A stretch of 38,539 bases of DNA from assembly GCA_027000105.1 (NCBI GenBank), contig JALTOP010000427.1, forward strand, positions 1-38,539, written 5' to 3'. This stretch comes from Planctomycetaceae bacterium (GTDB lineage Bacteria > Planctomycetota > Planctomycetia > Planctomycetales > Planctomycetaceae). This document shows, one piece after another, positions 19,967 through 29,436 of the stretch (position 1 is its first letter; each line of letters starts with the position of its first letter). The translations under genes were made by a program, and so were the position numbers. The notes beneath the pieces are model-generated. The model saw only the letters and a list, made by a program, of their open reading frames with translations, ran no database searches and was not told where the DNA came from.

Positions 19967-21325
19967 ATGCCGAAAAAAATTCGCGGTCATAGTGGAGTCG
20001 TCTCGTGGTTGACGAACTCGAACCGTCCGATTTTCATGCTTGATCATCGAAGGCGGATCCGTTTTTTCAATCGGGGCTGTGCGGAAATAACGGGATGTCA
20101 GCCGGAAGACATGATCGGAAAAATTTGCAAATATCATTCCGAAGCGGTGGATAATCTGATTGAACGTGTTCTGAATTCTTTGGCCCCTCCCACGGAAGTT
20201 TTTCAGGGCCAGGAACTGTTTACCAAAATCAGTTATGTCGATTCCAGTGGAGACCTGCGTTCGCCTCACGTTCTTTATTTACCTCTGTTCAATCAGATCG
20301 GTGATCTGGACGCGGTATTGGGAATCATGCTGGAACTTGACGAACTGGCACCGCCGCTGCAATCCACTTTCTCCCAGCAGTTGCATGTCGAACTGGCCGG
20401 GTTGATGCAGCAACAGCACCAACGCTACAACCAGGCCACGCTGATTGCCCGATCACCGGCGATGCGTTCTGTTTCCAAACAGATTCTCGTCGCCCGTCAT
20501 TGCAACGCACCCGTTCATCTCGACGGAGAAGCGGGAACCGGAAAACAGTACCTTGCGAGAACAATCCATTACTCCTCCGACAATTCGGAGTCTGCCTTTG
20601 TCATGCTTGATTGCGGACGTCTCCCCCGCTCCGATCAAAGGCGGATGTTGAAAGAAGCGCTGACCCACGCCGGTGAGTTGAACGCCCCGAGTGCACTTTT
20701 TCTGAAAGATGTTGACAGACTCGCCCTCGATTTGCAGGTCTGGTTGGCGGAAGTAATCGAACAGGATGAATGGCCCTTGCAATACCGCCTGTTTACATCC
20801 AGTACGCATAATCTGCCCGAGATGGTGGAACAGGATCGGTTCGATCGATCGTTCTCTTTCACCATTGGAACTATTTGCATCACCCTGCCCCCGTTACGGG
20901 AACGGGTTGAAGACCTGGAACTGCTTTGTCAGTATTTCATTGAACAGAGCAACCAGATTTCGGAGAAACAGCTCACCGGATTGACGCGTGAGGTTCTCGA
21001 TGAATTTCTGCAATACAATTGGCCGGGGAATGTCCGCGAGTTGAAGTCGGTCGTCCGTGAAGCGTGTGAACTTGCTGCCGGCCCGCTGATCTCGCTTGAG
21101 CATCTCCCTTTTCGATTTCAAACAGGAAAAAACGCCCAACGTTCACTCCCTGCCATCAAACCGACATTTCGAACGCTGTCCACTCTGCTGGAAGAACATG
21201 AACGGGAAGAAATTGTCCGCGTTCTGAAAGCAACCCGAGGAAACAAGGCAAAAGCGGCGGAATTACTCGGATTAACCCGTGCCAAGCTGTATCGTCGCAT
21301 CAAATCACTGAACATTGAAGAATAG
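19967..21325 (+). CDS. PAS + degenerate sigma54-activator-type AAA+ + Fis HTH transcriptional regulator
   Basis: PAS-like 'PIFMLD...IRFFNRGCAEITG', Walker A 'GEAGTGKQ', 'LPPLRER', 'WPGNVREL' and HTH 'GNKAKAAELLGLTRAKLYRRIK'. No GAFTGA. ATG 19967 preferred over TTG 19925. Confidence 0.85.
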   Translation: MPKKIRGHSGVVSWLTNSNRPIFMLDHRRRIRFFNRGCAEITGCQPEDMIGKICKYHSEAVDNLIERVLNSLAPPTEVFQGQELFTKISYVDSSGDLRSPHVLYLPLFNQIGDLDAVLGIMLELDELAPPLQSTFSQQLHVELAGLMQQQHQRYNQATLIARSPAMRSVSKQILVARHCNAPVHLDGEAGTGKQYLARTIHYSSDNSESAFVMLDCGRLPRSDQRRMLKEALTHAGELNAPSALFLKDVDRLALDLQVWLAEVIEQDEWPLQYRLFTSSTHNLPEMVEQDRFDRSFSFTIGTICITLPPLRERVEDLELLCQYFIEQSNQISEKQLTGLTREVLDEFLQYNWPGNVRELKSVVREACELAAGPLISLEHLPFRFQTGKNAQRSLPAIKPTFRTLSTLLEEHEREEIVRVLKATRGNKAKAAELLGLTRAKLYRRIKSLNIEE

Positions 21326-21480
21326 GGCCTCGCCATGCTGTCATTCGGCTTTTTGATCACGCGTAACAGGGGAAACGCTATTTCTCAATCAAACCGCAAC
21401 GAGCGGCATGCCCTGTAACCGGAACAAAAAAGAAACCTCACAAGTTGGCGTTACGCACAAAATGGATGATCGTTGGAAAC

Positions 21481-22332
21481 ATGGATGAACTCAGAAAACA
21501 GATCGAACAGGCAACCGGGACGATTCGGAGAAAATGGAACCATCAGGCCCGCATTGGTCTGATTCTGGGAACAGGCTTGGGACGCATCGTTGAACAGATT
21601 GAGCAGGCGGCAGAGTTCCCTTTCGAGTCACTTCCCCATTTTTGCCAATCGACGGCGACAGGGCACATCGGAAAGCTCGTTTGCGGACAGGTGAAAAACG
21701 TCAACCTGATCGCGATGCAGGGACGATTCCACTTCTACGAAGGATATACCCTGCAGCAAATTACATTCCCGGTTCGAGTGATGAAAGCGATGGGAATTGA
21801 TCTACTGATCGTAACCAGTGCCAGCGGCGGAATGGATCCCGCGCACCGTCCCGGTCAACTGATCGTAATTGATGATCACATCAATCTGATGGGTGACAAC
21901 CCATTGGCCGGGTTTAACGATGAACAACTCGGCCCCCGCTTTCCGGATATGAGCCAACCTTACGATGCGGATCTGATCGAAACAGCCTTGAGGCTGGCCA
22001 GAGAGCGGAACATACCGGCTCAACGGGGCGTTTATGTCGGCGTGAAAGGCCCCAACTACGAAACTCGGGCAGAATATCGATTCTTCAGAACAATCGGCGG
22101 TGATGTTGTCGGGATGTCAACCGTGCCCGAAACGCTTGTCGCTGTTCATGCGGGTTTACGCGTGCTGGGACTTTCGACCGTCACCAATGTCTGCCTGCCG
22201 GACGCACTTGAGCCAACTACAGGCGAAGATGTCATTGAAGTCGCCAGCCGCGCAGCGGACAATATGGCTGTAGTTATCGAAGGGATCATCGAGGAAGAAG
22301 CACGGCGTCTTCAAGCCAACCCGCTCCCTTGA
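21481..22332 (+). CDS. punA: Purine nucleoside phosphorylase (trimeric PNP/XapA family)
   Basis: Motifs 'ILGTGLG', 'MQGRFHFYEGY', 'DHINL', 'GPRFPDMS', 'GPNYETRAE', 'DVVGMSTVPE'. Start at ATG 21481 is most plausible. Confidence 0.92.
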   Translation: MDELRKQIEQATGTIRRKWNHQARIGLILGTGLGRIVEQIEQAAEFPFESLPHFCQSTATGHIGKLVCGQVKNVNLIAMQGRFHFYEGYTLQQITFPVRVMKAMGIDLLIVTSASGGMDPAHRPGQLIVIDDHINLMGDNPLAGFNDEQLGPRFPDMSQPYDADLIETALRLARERNIPAQRGVYVGVKGPNYETRAEYRFFRTIGGDVVGMSTVPETLVAVHAGLRVLGLSTVTNVCLPDALEPTTGEDVIEVASRAADNMAVVIEGIIEEEARRLQANPLP

Positions 22333-22439
22333 ACACCCCGGATACCCTTGAACAACTCGGATGGAAGCAGAAAGCGACACGCCAATAATCCGAAGTCAAA
22401 CCCTGAAATCAAACCTCAAGATCAACCCCTGAAGGGGAA

Positions 22440-23765
22440 CTACCGGTTTCTTTCTACCTGGCTGAACTGGCTGATTCCGCCTCCCTTGAAGAAGTCGGAA
22501 AGTTCGACAACGGCCGGCCCCAGCAGGAACATGTAAACAGCCGGCATCAAACAGAGAACCGTTGGAAAGAGGAGTTTGAACGTCGCCGTGTTCGCCTTTT
22601 GGTCTGCTCGTTGTTGCAGAGTCGCTCTCATTCCATCACTGTAATCGGTCAGGGCGTCGCTGACATTGGTTCCCATTCTTTCCGTCTGAATCAACAGAGA
22701 GGAAAGGGCATGCAACTCAGGAAGATCGATGCGCTCATTCATATTGACCAGAGCATGTTCGAGGGTATCGATATTCGCCTGAGTGGTTACAATGCGCAAC
22801 TCATTGGAAATCGCCGGATAAACATCAGCCGTTTCCCAAGCAACACGGGCCAACCCCGACCGCAATGTCATTCCCTGACTGGTGCACATATTGAGCAAGT
22901 CGAGAACATCCGGCAATGCCTGTTCGATTTCCGCTTTTCGTTTTGCCGCCTGAGAACGGACGACCAGTCTGGGAATCGCCCACCCCATAATGGAACCGGC
23001 GACCATCGCGGGAAGCCAAATCCATTCCGTTCCGGGATAAAACGCCAGAGGAATCCCGAAAAGAATCAGAGGCAACATCAAGCCGAGATAACGGATCGCC
23101 GCCAAATTGTGCCAGGCGTGCGGTTCATAATAGCCCGCTTCAATCAGTTCCTTTTTGATGATCTGCCGTTTTGCCTGCGATTCCGGGAGCAGCACGGCTA
23201 AAGAAGGGGTGATCGGGCCGAAGACGTAGTCGCTTTCGTCGGCGAATGGCAGTTCCCCCGGATCCAGATGAGGCAACTCCCGTTGAGCGCCGACAATCGA
23301 CTTGCCAAACAACGATCGCGATGTCCAACTGCGAGCCTTGCCGGTATAACTGGCAGACTCCTGAGAAGAGCGAACCACGAATTCCTTCTTTTCGGGAGCC
23401 GGATTGGCTGCGATGCTCTCCGGAATTTCCTCCGGAACACCAATTTCAGAAAACAGACTGTCGCTCGGTATTTCGTCAGAATCTTCAGGAGAAATCGCCT
23501 GACGGGTGACCGAAGCGGCCACATGCTCGCTGCTGACGGATTCATCTTTCAACAGTGATGAAACAGGCTTCGAAGGCCGCCTGGTTCTGGAACGGCGGAC
23601 TTCCCGGGGTTCAACCGCATTACCTGAACCGAACAGGTATCGCAGAAACCGCGCCAACAGAATAACGACAAGAACGAAAAAGAGGATCGCCATGATCCAC
23701 AGCAGGATCGATTGAAGGGGCGAACCGGCTTCAATCAGTTGGGCGAATGTAAATGTTGTGTCCAT
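22440..23765 (-). CDS. tadC: Tad pilus inner-membrane platform protein TadC (T2SS F family) with long N-terminal insertion
   Basis: Motifs 'ALPDVLDLLNMCTSQG', 'LIQTERMGTNVSDAL', 'KLLFPTVLCLMPAV'; immediately downstream of tadB. ATG 23765 (alternative TTG 23780). Confidence 0.87.
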   Translation of the reverse strand: MDTTFTFAQLIEAGSPLQSILLWIMAILFFVLVVILLARFLRYLFGSGNAVEPREVRRSRTRRPSKPVSSLLKDESVSSEHVAASVTRQAISPEDSDEIPSDSLFSEIGVPEEIPESIAANPAPEKKEFVVRSSQESASYTGKARSWTSRSLFGKSIVGAQRELPHLDPGELPFADESDYVFGPITPSLAVLLPESQAKRQIIKKELIEAGYYEPHAWHNLAAIRYLGLMLPLILFGIPLAFYPGTEWIWLPAMVAGSIMGWAIPRLVVRSQAAKRKAEIEQALPDVLDLLNMCTSQGMTLRSGLARVAWETADVYPAISNELRIVTTQANIDTLEHALVNMNERIDLPELHALSSLLIQTERMGTNVSDALTDYSDGMRATLQQRADQKANTATFKLLFPTVLCLMPAVYMFLLGPAVVELSDFFKGGGISQFSQVERNR

Positions 23766-23845
23766 GATAGTCGTATCCAACTTCGTTTTTCCAGCTTCGT
23801 ATTTATTCAGCTTCGTGTTGATCGAGCATTATGTATTGTCACCGT

Positions 23846-23871
23846 CAGATGAAAACATCTGTTTTCATCTG
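23846..23871. other. Perfect inverted repeat / hairpin between tadB and tadC
   Basis: CAGATGAAAACA-TC-TGTTTTCATCTG (12-bp arms) begins 7 nt after the tadB stop; no U-tract follows on the minus strand. Confidence 0.6.
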
Positions 23872-23878
23872 GTTCTCA

Positions 23879-24742
23879 TCAGGTTTGTTGTGAATCGTTC
23901 AGAATTTTCATAATCCAGATGGCTCCGATAATTTCGAGCCCCACTCCCGTGAATGTAATTGCCCGCCCCCAACTGGAGGCCATCAGACGGGTGAAATAGT
24001 CGGGATCCCTGAACAGGAAGAAAGCCAGGATCGCGGGAGGAAGCAGAATCATCAGAATGGCTGTTGCCCGTGAACCCGCCGTTGCGGTTCGCAATCTTCC
24101 CAAAAACAGGGAACGGTCTCTCATTGTGCGGGAAAGTCGCTCAAGCACATAAACCAGATCTCCCCCGGACTGCTGATGCACACTCAATGCGGTCGCCAGA
24201 ATTCTCAATCCATTCACTCCCGTCCGCTCCGGCAGTTCATACAGGGCTTCGTTCATCGTGACTCCCATTTGAAGCTTGCGAACGCTAACCTGCATTTCAT
24301 CTCCCAATGGAGCAGGCGTATCCTTGGCCACCATTTCCAAACATTGGTCAAGCGACCGCCCGGTTCTTGCCGCCCGGGCCAGTTCATCGATCATGGGGGG
24401 CAACTGGTTGGAAATCAGAGCTTGCCTGCGAGAACGAACCAGCATCAAAATCCCGAGAGGAATCAGAAAACCGATAAAAAAGGAAAGCCCCGCGGCTAAC
24501 GGGTTCTCCAGAAAAACCAGAACAATTCCCCCTAACGTGACCGAACTGAGCACGCACAGCAACAACCCCACCAACGGAACGAATGGCGCCCCCGATTGAA
24601 TCATCAATCGATCAAACCAACTGTTGATTCCATTGCCGAGACTTTCAACCTGGGGATTTGCGTATTGCTCGTTCGTTTTGATGATATCTGCAAATTCAGG
24701 TCGAGGTTCAATCTCGATATGTGGTGATAATCCTGTAGCCAT
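23879..24742 (-). CDS. tadB: Tad pilus inner-membrane platform protein TadB (T2SS F family)
   Basis: Motifs 'QLPPMIDELARAARTGRSL', 'PAPLGDEM', 'VHQQSGGDLVYVLERL', 'DPDYFTRL'; lies between the ATPase and tadC. Confidence 0.88.
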   Translation of the reverse strand: MATGLSPHIEIEPRPEFADIIKTNEQYANPQVESLGNGINSWFDRLMIQSGAPFVPLVGLLLCVLSSVTLGGIVLVFLENPLAAGLSFFIGFLIPLGILMLVRSRRQALISNQLPPMIDELARAARTGRSLDQCLEMVAKDTPAPLGDEMQVSVRKLQMGVTMNEALYELPERTGVNGLRILATALSVHQQSGGDLVYVLERLSRTMRDRSLFLGRLRTATAGSRATAILMILLPPAILAFFLFRDPDYFTRLMASSWGRAITFTGVGLEIIGAIWIMKILNDSQQT

Positions 24743-24853
24743 TTCGGCAACCTCTGGTCATTCTGTCATTTGTTGTCGGGAAACTTGTTATCGAGAAACT
24801 GCTTGTCTTCTGGAAACTGATATGAACCTGGGCGTTGAGAGGCCAATCCCCTC

Positions 24854-26203
24854 CTAATTCGGGACGATATATTCACCCCCGGCTATCAACTCGCGTGCCG
24901 TGAACAGATCCAGCGGAACGTGGTGTCCGCGGGCCGCCATTCGCCGCACGCATTCCGGTTCGTACCCGGTCGCATAAAACGCCCCTTCTGCACGCCCATC
25001 CGAGCTGATGCCCGTCATGCGATAGACGAAAATATCTTCTACATTGTATTCCCCGTCGCTTGTTCCGGCCAATTCGGAAATACGCGTCACCTTTCTTTCA
25101 CCTGTGCTCAATCGGGTGACATGCACAAGCAGATGAATTGCAGAGGCAATGTATCGGCGTGCGACGGCAGGAGTTAAATCCGCCCCTGAAAGGGCGATCA
25201 TCAACTCGAGCCGATCAAGTGCATCGCGAGTATCGTTTGCGTGAACGGTACTCATTGAACCATCATGCCCGGTGTTCATCGCCTGGAGCATTTCCAGCAC
25301 TTCGCTTCCTCGCGACTCACCAACGATGATACGATCGGGACGCATACGCAGCGAGTTTCTCAGCAACTCGCGTTGAGTCACTGCCCCGGTTCCCTCGACG
25401 TTCGGAAGTCGGGTCTCCAGACCGACAACGTCTGCCTGCTGCAATTGGAGTTCCGCCGTTTCTTCAATCGTGATCACTCGCTCGGAAGCGGGGATAAAAC
25501 GTCCCAACTGGTTCAGCATGGTCGTTTTACCGGCTCCGGTACCACCACTGAGCAGGATATTCAACCGGCCCTGAACAGCCGCAATCAGAAAATCGGCCAT
25601 TTCCCGCGTCAATGAACGGGAACGCACCATATCTTCAAAGGCGACTGCGGTCGAACCGAAGCGACGAATGGAAAGAGTTGGCCCGCGCTGTGTTAATGGG
25701 GGGATGACTGCGTGAAGTCGTGAACCGTCGGCCAGCTTCGCATCGACCATCGGCGAAACCTCATCAATGCGTCTTCCTGCACGTCCCACCAATCGCTGAA
25801 TCAGATGCAACAGATGGTTGTTATCTGCAAATTGCACATCCGTCTGTTCCAGCAGACCATTGCGCTCGACAAAAACCGTATCTGCTCCATTGACCAGAAC
25901 ATCACTGATTTCCGGATCATTCATCAACGGTTCGAGTGGCCCGAAGCCGTACATTTCATCCATGATCTCGTTCACCATCTGATCCCGTTCCGATTCGGGC
26001 AGATAGGAGGAGTGCAGGTCGCACAAATGCGCAGCCAACGCCCGCAACTGCTTGCGCAGTTCGTGTTCGGGAAGCTGCCCCGCTTTGGAGAGATCCATCG
26101 CATCGACCATTTGCCGGTGCAAACGGGTTTTCAACTGCTGAAACGCCCGCTGGGCTTCCAACGAATCTTCGTATCCAGATTCAATTTCGCTGACCGTTGA
26201 CAT
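24854..26203 (-). CDS. cpaF: Tad/Flp pilus assembly ATPase CpaF/TadA
   Basis: '[21 protein letters not shown]', 'PMVDAKL.DGSR', Walker A 'GGTGAGKTT', '[12 protein letters not shown]', '[16 protein letters not shown]'. ATG 26203 is preceded by GAGGAA/AGGAA (alternative GTG 26236). Confidence 0.94.
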   Translation of the reverse strand: MSTVSEIESGYEDSLEAQRAFQQLKTRLHRQMVDAMDLSKAGQLPEHELRKQLRALAAHLCDLHSSYLPESERDQMVNEIMDEMYGFGPLEPLMNDPEISDVLVNGADTVFVERNGLLEQTDVQFADNNHLLHLIQRLVGRAGRRIDEVSPMVDAKLADGSRLHAVIPPLTQRGPTLSIRRFGSTAVAFEDMVRSRSLTREMADFLIAAVQGRLNILLSGGTGAGKTTMLNQLGRFIPASERVITIEETAELQLQQADVVGLETRLPNVEGTGAVTQRELLRNSLRMRPDRIIVGESRGSEVLEMLQAMNTGHDGSMSTVHANDTRDALDRLELMIALSGADLTPAVARRYIASAIHLLVHVTRLSTGERKVTRISELAGTSDGEYNVEDIFVYRMTGISSDGRAEGAFYATGYEPECVRRMAARGHHVPLDLFTARELIAGGEYIVPN

Positions 26204-26296
26204 TTCCTGGTTCCTCACTGTGATCGAAACAATCACTTCTCAATTCAGTTCTGTTTCCATTCCCTCATGGAAAATGGAGTGGTTTTATCGACTGAT

Positions 26297-27532
26297 CTAA
26301 CGACTGACAAACAACTTGTAGACATAGGGATTGGGCCGATAGAGCCCCGTGGCCGTTGTTCCGCCCGGATCGCCACCCGCCTGCAGAAATCGAGCCAGTG
26401 CCGCCGTTTTCGTCGTCATGACTGTCGGTTGAATAATAACTGTAGCCGACTCTTCCGTCTCGGGCACAACCTTCATCACCCGAATCGCAACAACCTGCTG
26501 ACATTCCAGATTCGACCAACCGGGGATCGTCATCGGAGCCTGTCCCGTATACAACAGGCAGAGCTTTTGTTGACCGATTTGCGATTCAAGCGATTGCTGC
26601 AGCGGCGTGGTGATGTTCGCAGTTCCCGAAATCGAAACGGGACTTTGTGCCGGAATGACTCCGCCCAACTGTTTCAAATCGTTCGGATAGAGTCCGTTTT
26701 GAATTTGCCGGGAAATTTTCTGCTCATTCAATTCATTGTTGAATTCAAGAAGCTGGACATTAGATAGCAATGGATCGGTATTCAACGGGACCGAGTGCAA
26801 AACCATTTCCGGAATTCCATCTGGCCCCTCGACAACCGAATGGGTCGGCGAATCGAAGCGATACAGATCAGCTCCCTGCCGTTCGGTTATCTGGACATTC
26901 CAGGTATCGACTCTTTTCCCGGAGGGATCACTTGCCAGCACCGCCAATGGCAAGGCAGGAACCGGTAACGAACGCGTTGGCCGAAAATGATCAATCACAT
27001 TATCGAAAGAGACTTCCGCGTAAACCAGTGCATCGGTTTGAGGCTGGGCCCCCGCTGCTTCAACAAACAGGTTGATCGGATTGCCCAATCGCTGATAACG
27101 GTAGGTGCGAACAACAACACCGGTTGCCTGGGAATTCGATTCCAGAAATGTAGTCTGCCCCGTTTCCGCATCGTTATACTGATGCCCGAAGTAGATATCG
27201 CCCCTGCCATTGCCGGCCAGACTGATTTCGACCGGCTGACCTGCAACCGTATTGGAAAGGGAAAGAGCAGCGGCCCGCCGTTTTGCCTGCAAGGCGATCT
27301 GGTCATAGTCAGGCTGTTGCACCAGCAGGTGATCTCCCAGATATTCACCGGCTGCGGAGAGGGCGGCCGCCTCAGCCGCCTTTCTGAGTTCGACCTCGGC
27401 AGCATCAACCCACAGGCGATTGAGAACCAAAGCCGCGACCGCTCCAACAACAAGCAACGCAAAAGCGATTGCAGGCATTAAAGAGCCGCGTCGGTCTGTC
27501 GCTGACTGATGATTGGTGCGTAAATGCCTCAC
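26297..27532 (-). CDS. tadG: TadG-like pilus-associated protein
   Basis: N-terminal 'RRG/SLMP' plus hydrophobic helix plus 'ELRKAAEAAALSAA', typical of TadG/Tad N-terminal domains. GGAG/AGGA upstream of GTG. Confidence 0.75.
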   Translation of the reverse strand: MRHLRTNHQSATDRRGSLMPAIAFALLVVGAVAALVLNRLWVDAAEVELRKAAEAAALSAAGEYLGDHLLVQQPDYDQIALQAKRRAAALSLSNTVAGQPVEISLAGNGRGDIYFGHQYNDAETGQTTFLESNSQATGVVVRTYRYQRLGNPINLFVEAAGAQPQTDALVYAEVSFDNVIDHFRPTRSLPVPALPLAVLASDPSGKRVDTWNVQITERQGADLYRFDSPTHSVVEGPDGIPEMVLHSVPLNTDPLLSNVQLLEFNNELNEQKISRQIQNGLYPNDLKQLGGVIPAQSPVSISGTANITTPLQQSLESQIGQQKLCLLYTGQAPMTIPGWSNLECQQVVAIRVMKVVPETEESATVIIQPTVMTTKTAALARFLQAGGDPGGTTATGLYRPNPYVYKLFVSR

Positions 27533-27605
27533 TGAGATCCTCTCCCGTTTCTCCTGTCAGATATCACCCGAAAGTGATCGATAAGTTCTTCCAAACCTCC
27601 CCAGA

Positions 27606-28685
27606 TCACACCGCACGACGGCTGCGCGTCCGATTGTGCGACTGCTGTGGTTGTTGTGGTTGTTGCAGTGGCTGACCTTGTTGACCTGGCTGGCCCTGCG
27701 GAACATACTCATTCTGGGTACCACGATATCCCCCACGATACCCTCCCCAATAACCGCGGCCGTAGCCACCATATCCACCGCCTCCGGTACGTGGTGGTGC
27801 CCATCCCGGTTGCTCGATCCACGGTGTGGCCCGGTTATTGCGGTTGTAGTCATAATTACGGCCATCGTAATAATCATCTTCGTCATCGTATCGGATAACG
27901 GAGCGACTGGAACCGCGATAGATTTCCGTTGTGAATGGTTTTTTCGGCTTGGGGATTTCCGGCAGACCAAGAATTTCTTCGAAATAGGCGCGATCCGCCT
28001 CGGCAACCGCGACACCTCCCGAACCAGGCCCATTAGGCGTGTAGGTCACGCTGAGTGCCCCCTTTGTTTTCGCTTGAAGAAGAATATTGGCCTGAGCCGG
28101 TGTCAGCTCGAACGTGACCGTATTCGTGCCCCGGTTCAATGTTGACTGTTGGGTCAGGCGATTCATCGCGAGCACTTTGACACCTTTGAACATCGTCATC
28201 GTGAAACCACCCCGATAGCGCCTGTCCGAAGAATTGTTGTCAACTGTCAAATGCACATCGACATAGTCACCCGGTTTGATCAAACCATCAACCACCGCTG
28301 AGCTATCCCCCAGGCCGATCGTTACCGCACGCATCCCCGGAGCGACCTTGAACGGTGGACGAACACCCGGAGCATACAGATCACTCGTATGGATCGGCTT
28401 GGCCTGTTTGAGATCCTTCAACGCATAGCGGCCAATCACCACATCCTTGTTGATGATGGTATCGGGCGTCTGTTTATCCTTGCTGAGAAAGCCCAATACA
28501 ATATGATCCTTGGTCAACAGAGTGCCCGCTGGAATATCCGCAGCTGGCATCGGAACGGTTCGCGTTCCAATCGGCTCCTTGACAACCGGCTTGGGCATCA
28601 TACTCCTGCCGATATACACGGCGATGAGCAGACCCACAATGCCCAGTATCAATAAAGTAATAAAGGCAGGCGTTATTTTTCTCAC
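27606..28685 (-). CDS. cpaB: Flp pilus assembly protein CpaB/RcpC
   Basis: TM anchor, SAF-like 'PAADIPAGTLLT...VIGRYALKDLK', 'PGMRAVTI', 'GLIKPGDYVDV', 'VKVLA', 'VTFELTP.QA..L'; low-complexity C-terminal tail. Confidence 0.9.
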   Translation of the reverse strand: MRKITPAFITLLILGIVGLLIAVYIGRSMMPKPVVKEPIGTRTVPMPAADIPAGTLLTKDHIVLGFLSKDKQTPDTIINKDVVIGRYALKDLKQAKPIHTSDLYAPGVRPPFKVAPGMRAVTIGLGDSSAVVDGLIKPGDYVDVHLTVDNNSSDRRYRGGFTMTMFKGVKVLAMNRLTQQSTLNRGTNTVTFELTPAQANILLQAKTKGALSVTYTPNGPGSGGVAVAEADRAYFEEILGLPEIPKPKKPFTTEIYRGSSRSVIRYDDEDDYYDGRNYDYNRNNRATPWIEQPGWAPPRTGGGGYGGYGRGYWGGYRGGYRGTQNEYVPQGQPGQQGQPLQQPQQPQQSHNRTRSRRAV

Positions 28686-28801
28686 AGTCCCACTCCAAAA
28701 AAGTTAAGATAGCTCGACAGGCGAGCAAACGATGTTCCCTGTTGTTGACCAGCCGACACTGCTTGCCAATGTTTTTATAGTCGATGTTTTAATCGTTCCG
28801 A

Positions 28802-28858
28802 AAAGTTCCTCTTGTCCGATAGTTCCCCTGTTTGACAGTTCCTCTGTTTGTCAATTCC
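28802..28858. repeat. Imperfect 16-17-nt tandem repeat between tadE and cpaB
   Basis: GTTCC cores at 28805, 28822 and 28838, and ATTCC at 28854 (e.g. ATAGTTCCCCTGTTTG / ACAGTTCCTCTGTTTG). Confidence 0.75.
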
Positions 28859-28924
28859 GTTATCCAGATTTCATTGTTCTGACAAAGAAATCTCCCAATA
28901 GGGGAAACTCTCCCTTACTCCCTG

Positions 28925-29332
28925 CTATTCCCTTTCCATCACCGTTTCCGCGACCAGATACCTCCCCTGCAAGCCAAACCCGATGGGCCAGAGTAAATCT
29001 GGAGACGCGTTCGCCATTGGCACCTGGACAACAACCGAAACACGATCCCCCGAAAACTGTCCCATCTCAACCAGAACATTCGCATTCTGGCTCAATTGTG
29101 GCCCCAAAGACTGGGCGACGGATTGTTCGACAACTTCCAACGATGTCCCCGGATAGGTCGCCGTTCTCGCTCCAACCCGACTCGCTTCGACAACACTACC
29201 ACGGGCAAAAAACAGCATCGAATACTCAAAAACCGCAAACAGAACCAGCAACAAAAGCGGGAGCGTCAAAACAAGCTCCATGCTCAAGAACGCTTTTCTG
29301 TTCCTGCTGTTTGATTGGTGAATATGTCCCAT
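28925..29332 (-). CDS. tadE: TadE/TadF-family pseudopilin
   Basis: 'RNRKA/FLSMELVLTLPLLLLVLFAVFEYS....ASRVGAR' matches the TadE N-terminal pattern, with Glu at +5. Confidence 0.85.
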   Translation of the reverse strand: MGHIHQSNSRNRKAFLSMELVLTLPLLLLVLFAVFEYSMLFFARGSVVEASRVGARTATYPGTSLEVVEQSVAQSLGPQLSQNANVLVEMGQFSGDRVSVVVQVPMANASPDLLWPIGFGLQGRYLVAETVMERE

Positions 29333-29342
29333 TTGTTTTTTC

Positions 29343-29372
29343 GCCAGTTGTTTCTCTGCCAGTTGTTTCTCT
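29343..29372. repeat. 15-nt tandem duplication
   Basis: GCCAGTTGTTTCTCT x2, perfect. Confidence 0.85.
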
Positions 29373-29436
29373 GTTTGTCTCGCTAATTACTGTCCCTGTT
29401 TATTGTCTCTCAAATGTTTTCTTTTTTGCATCGATT

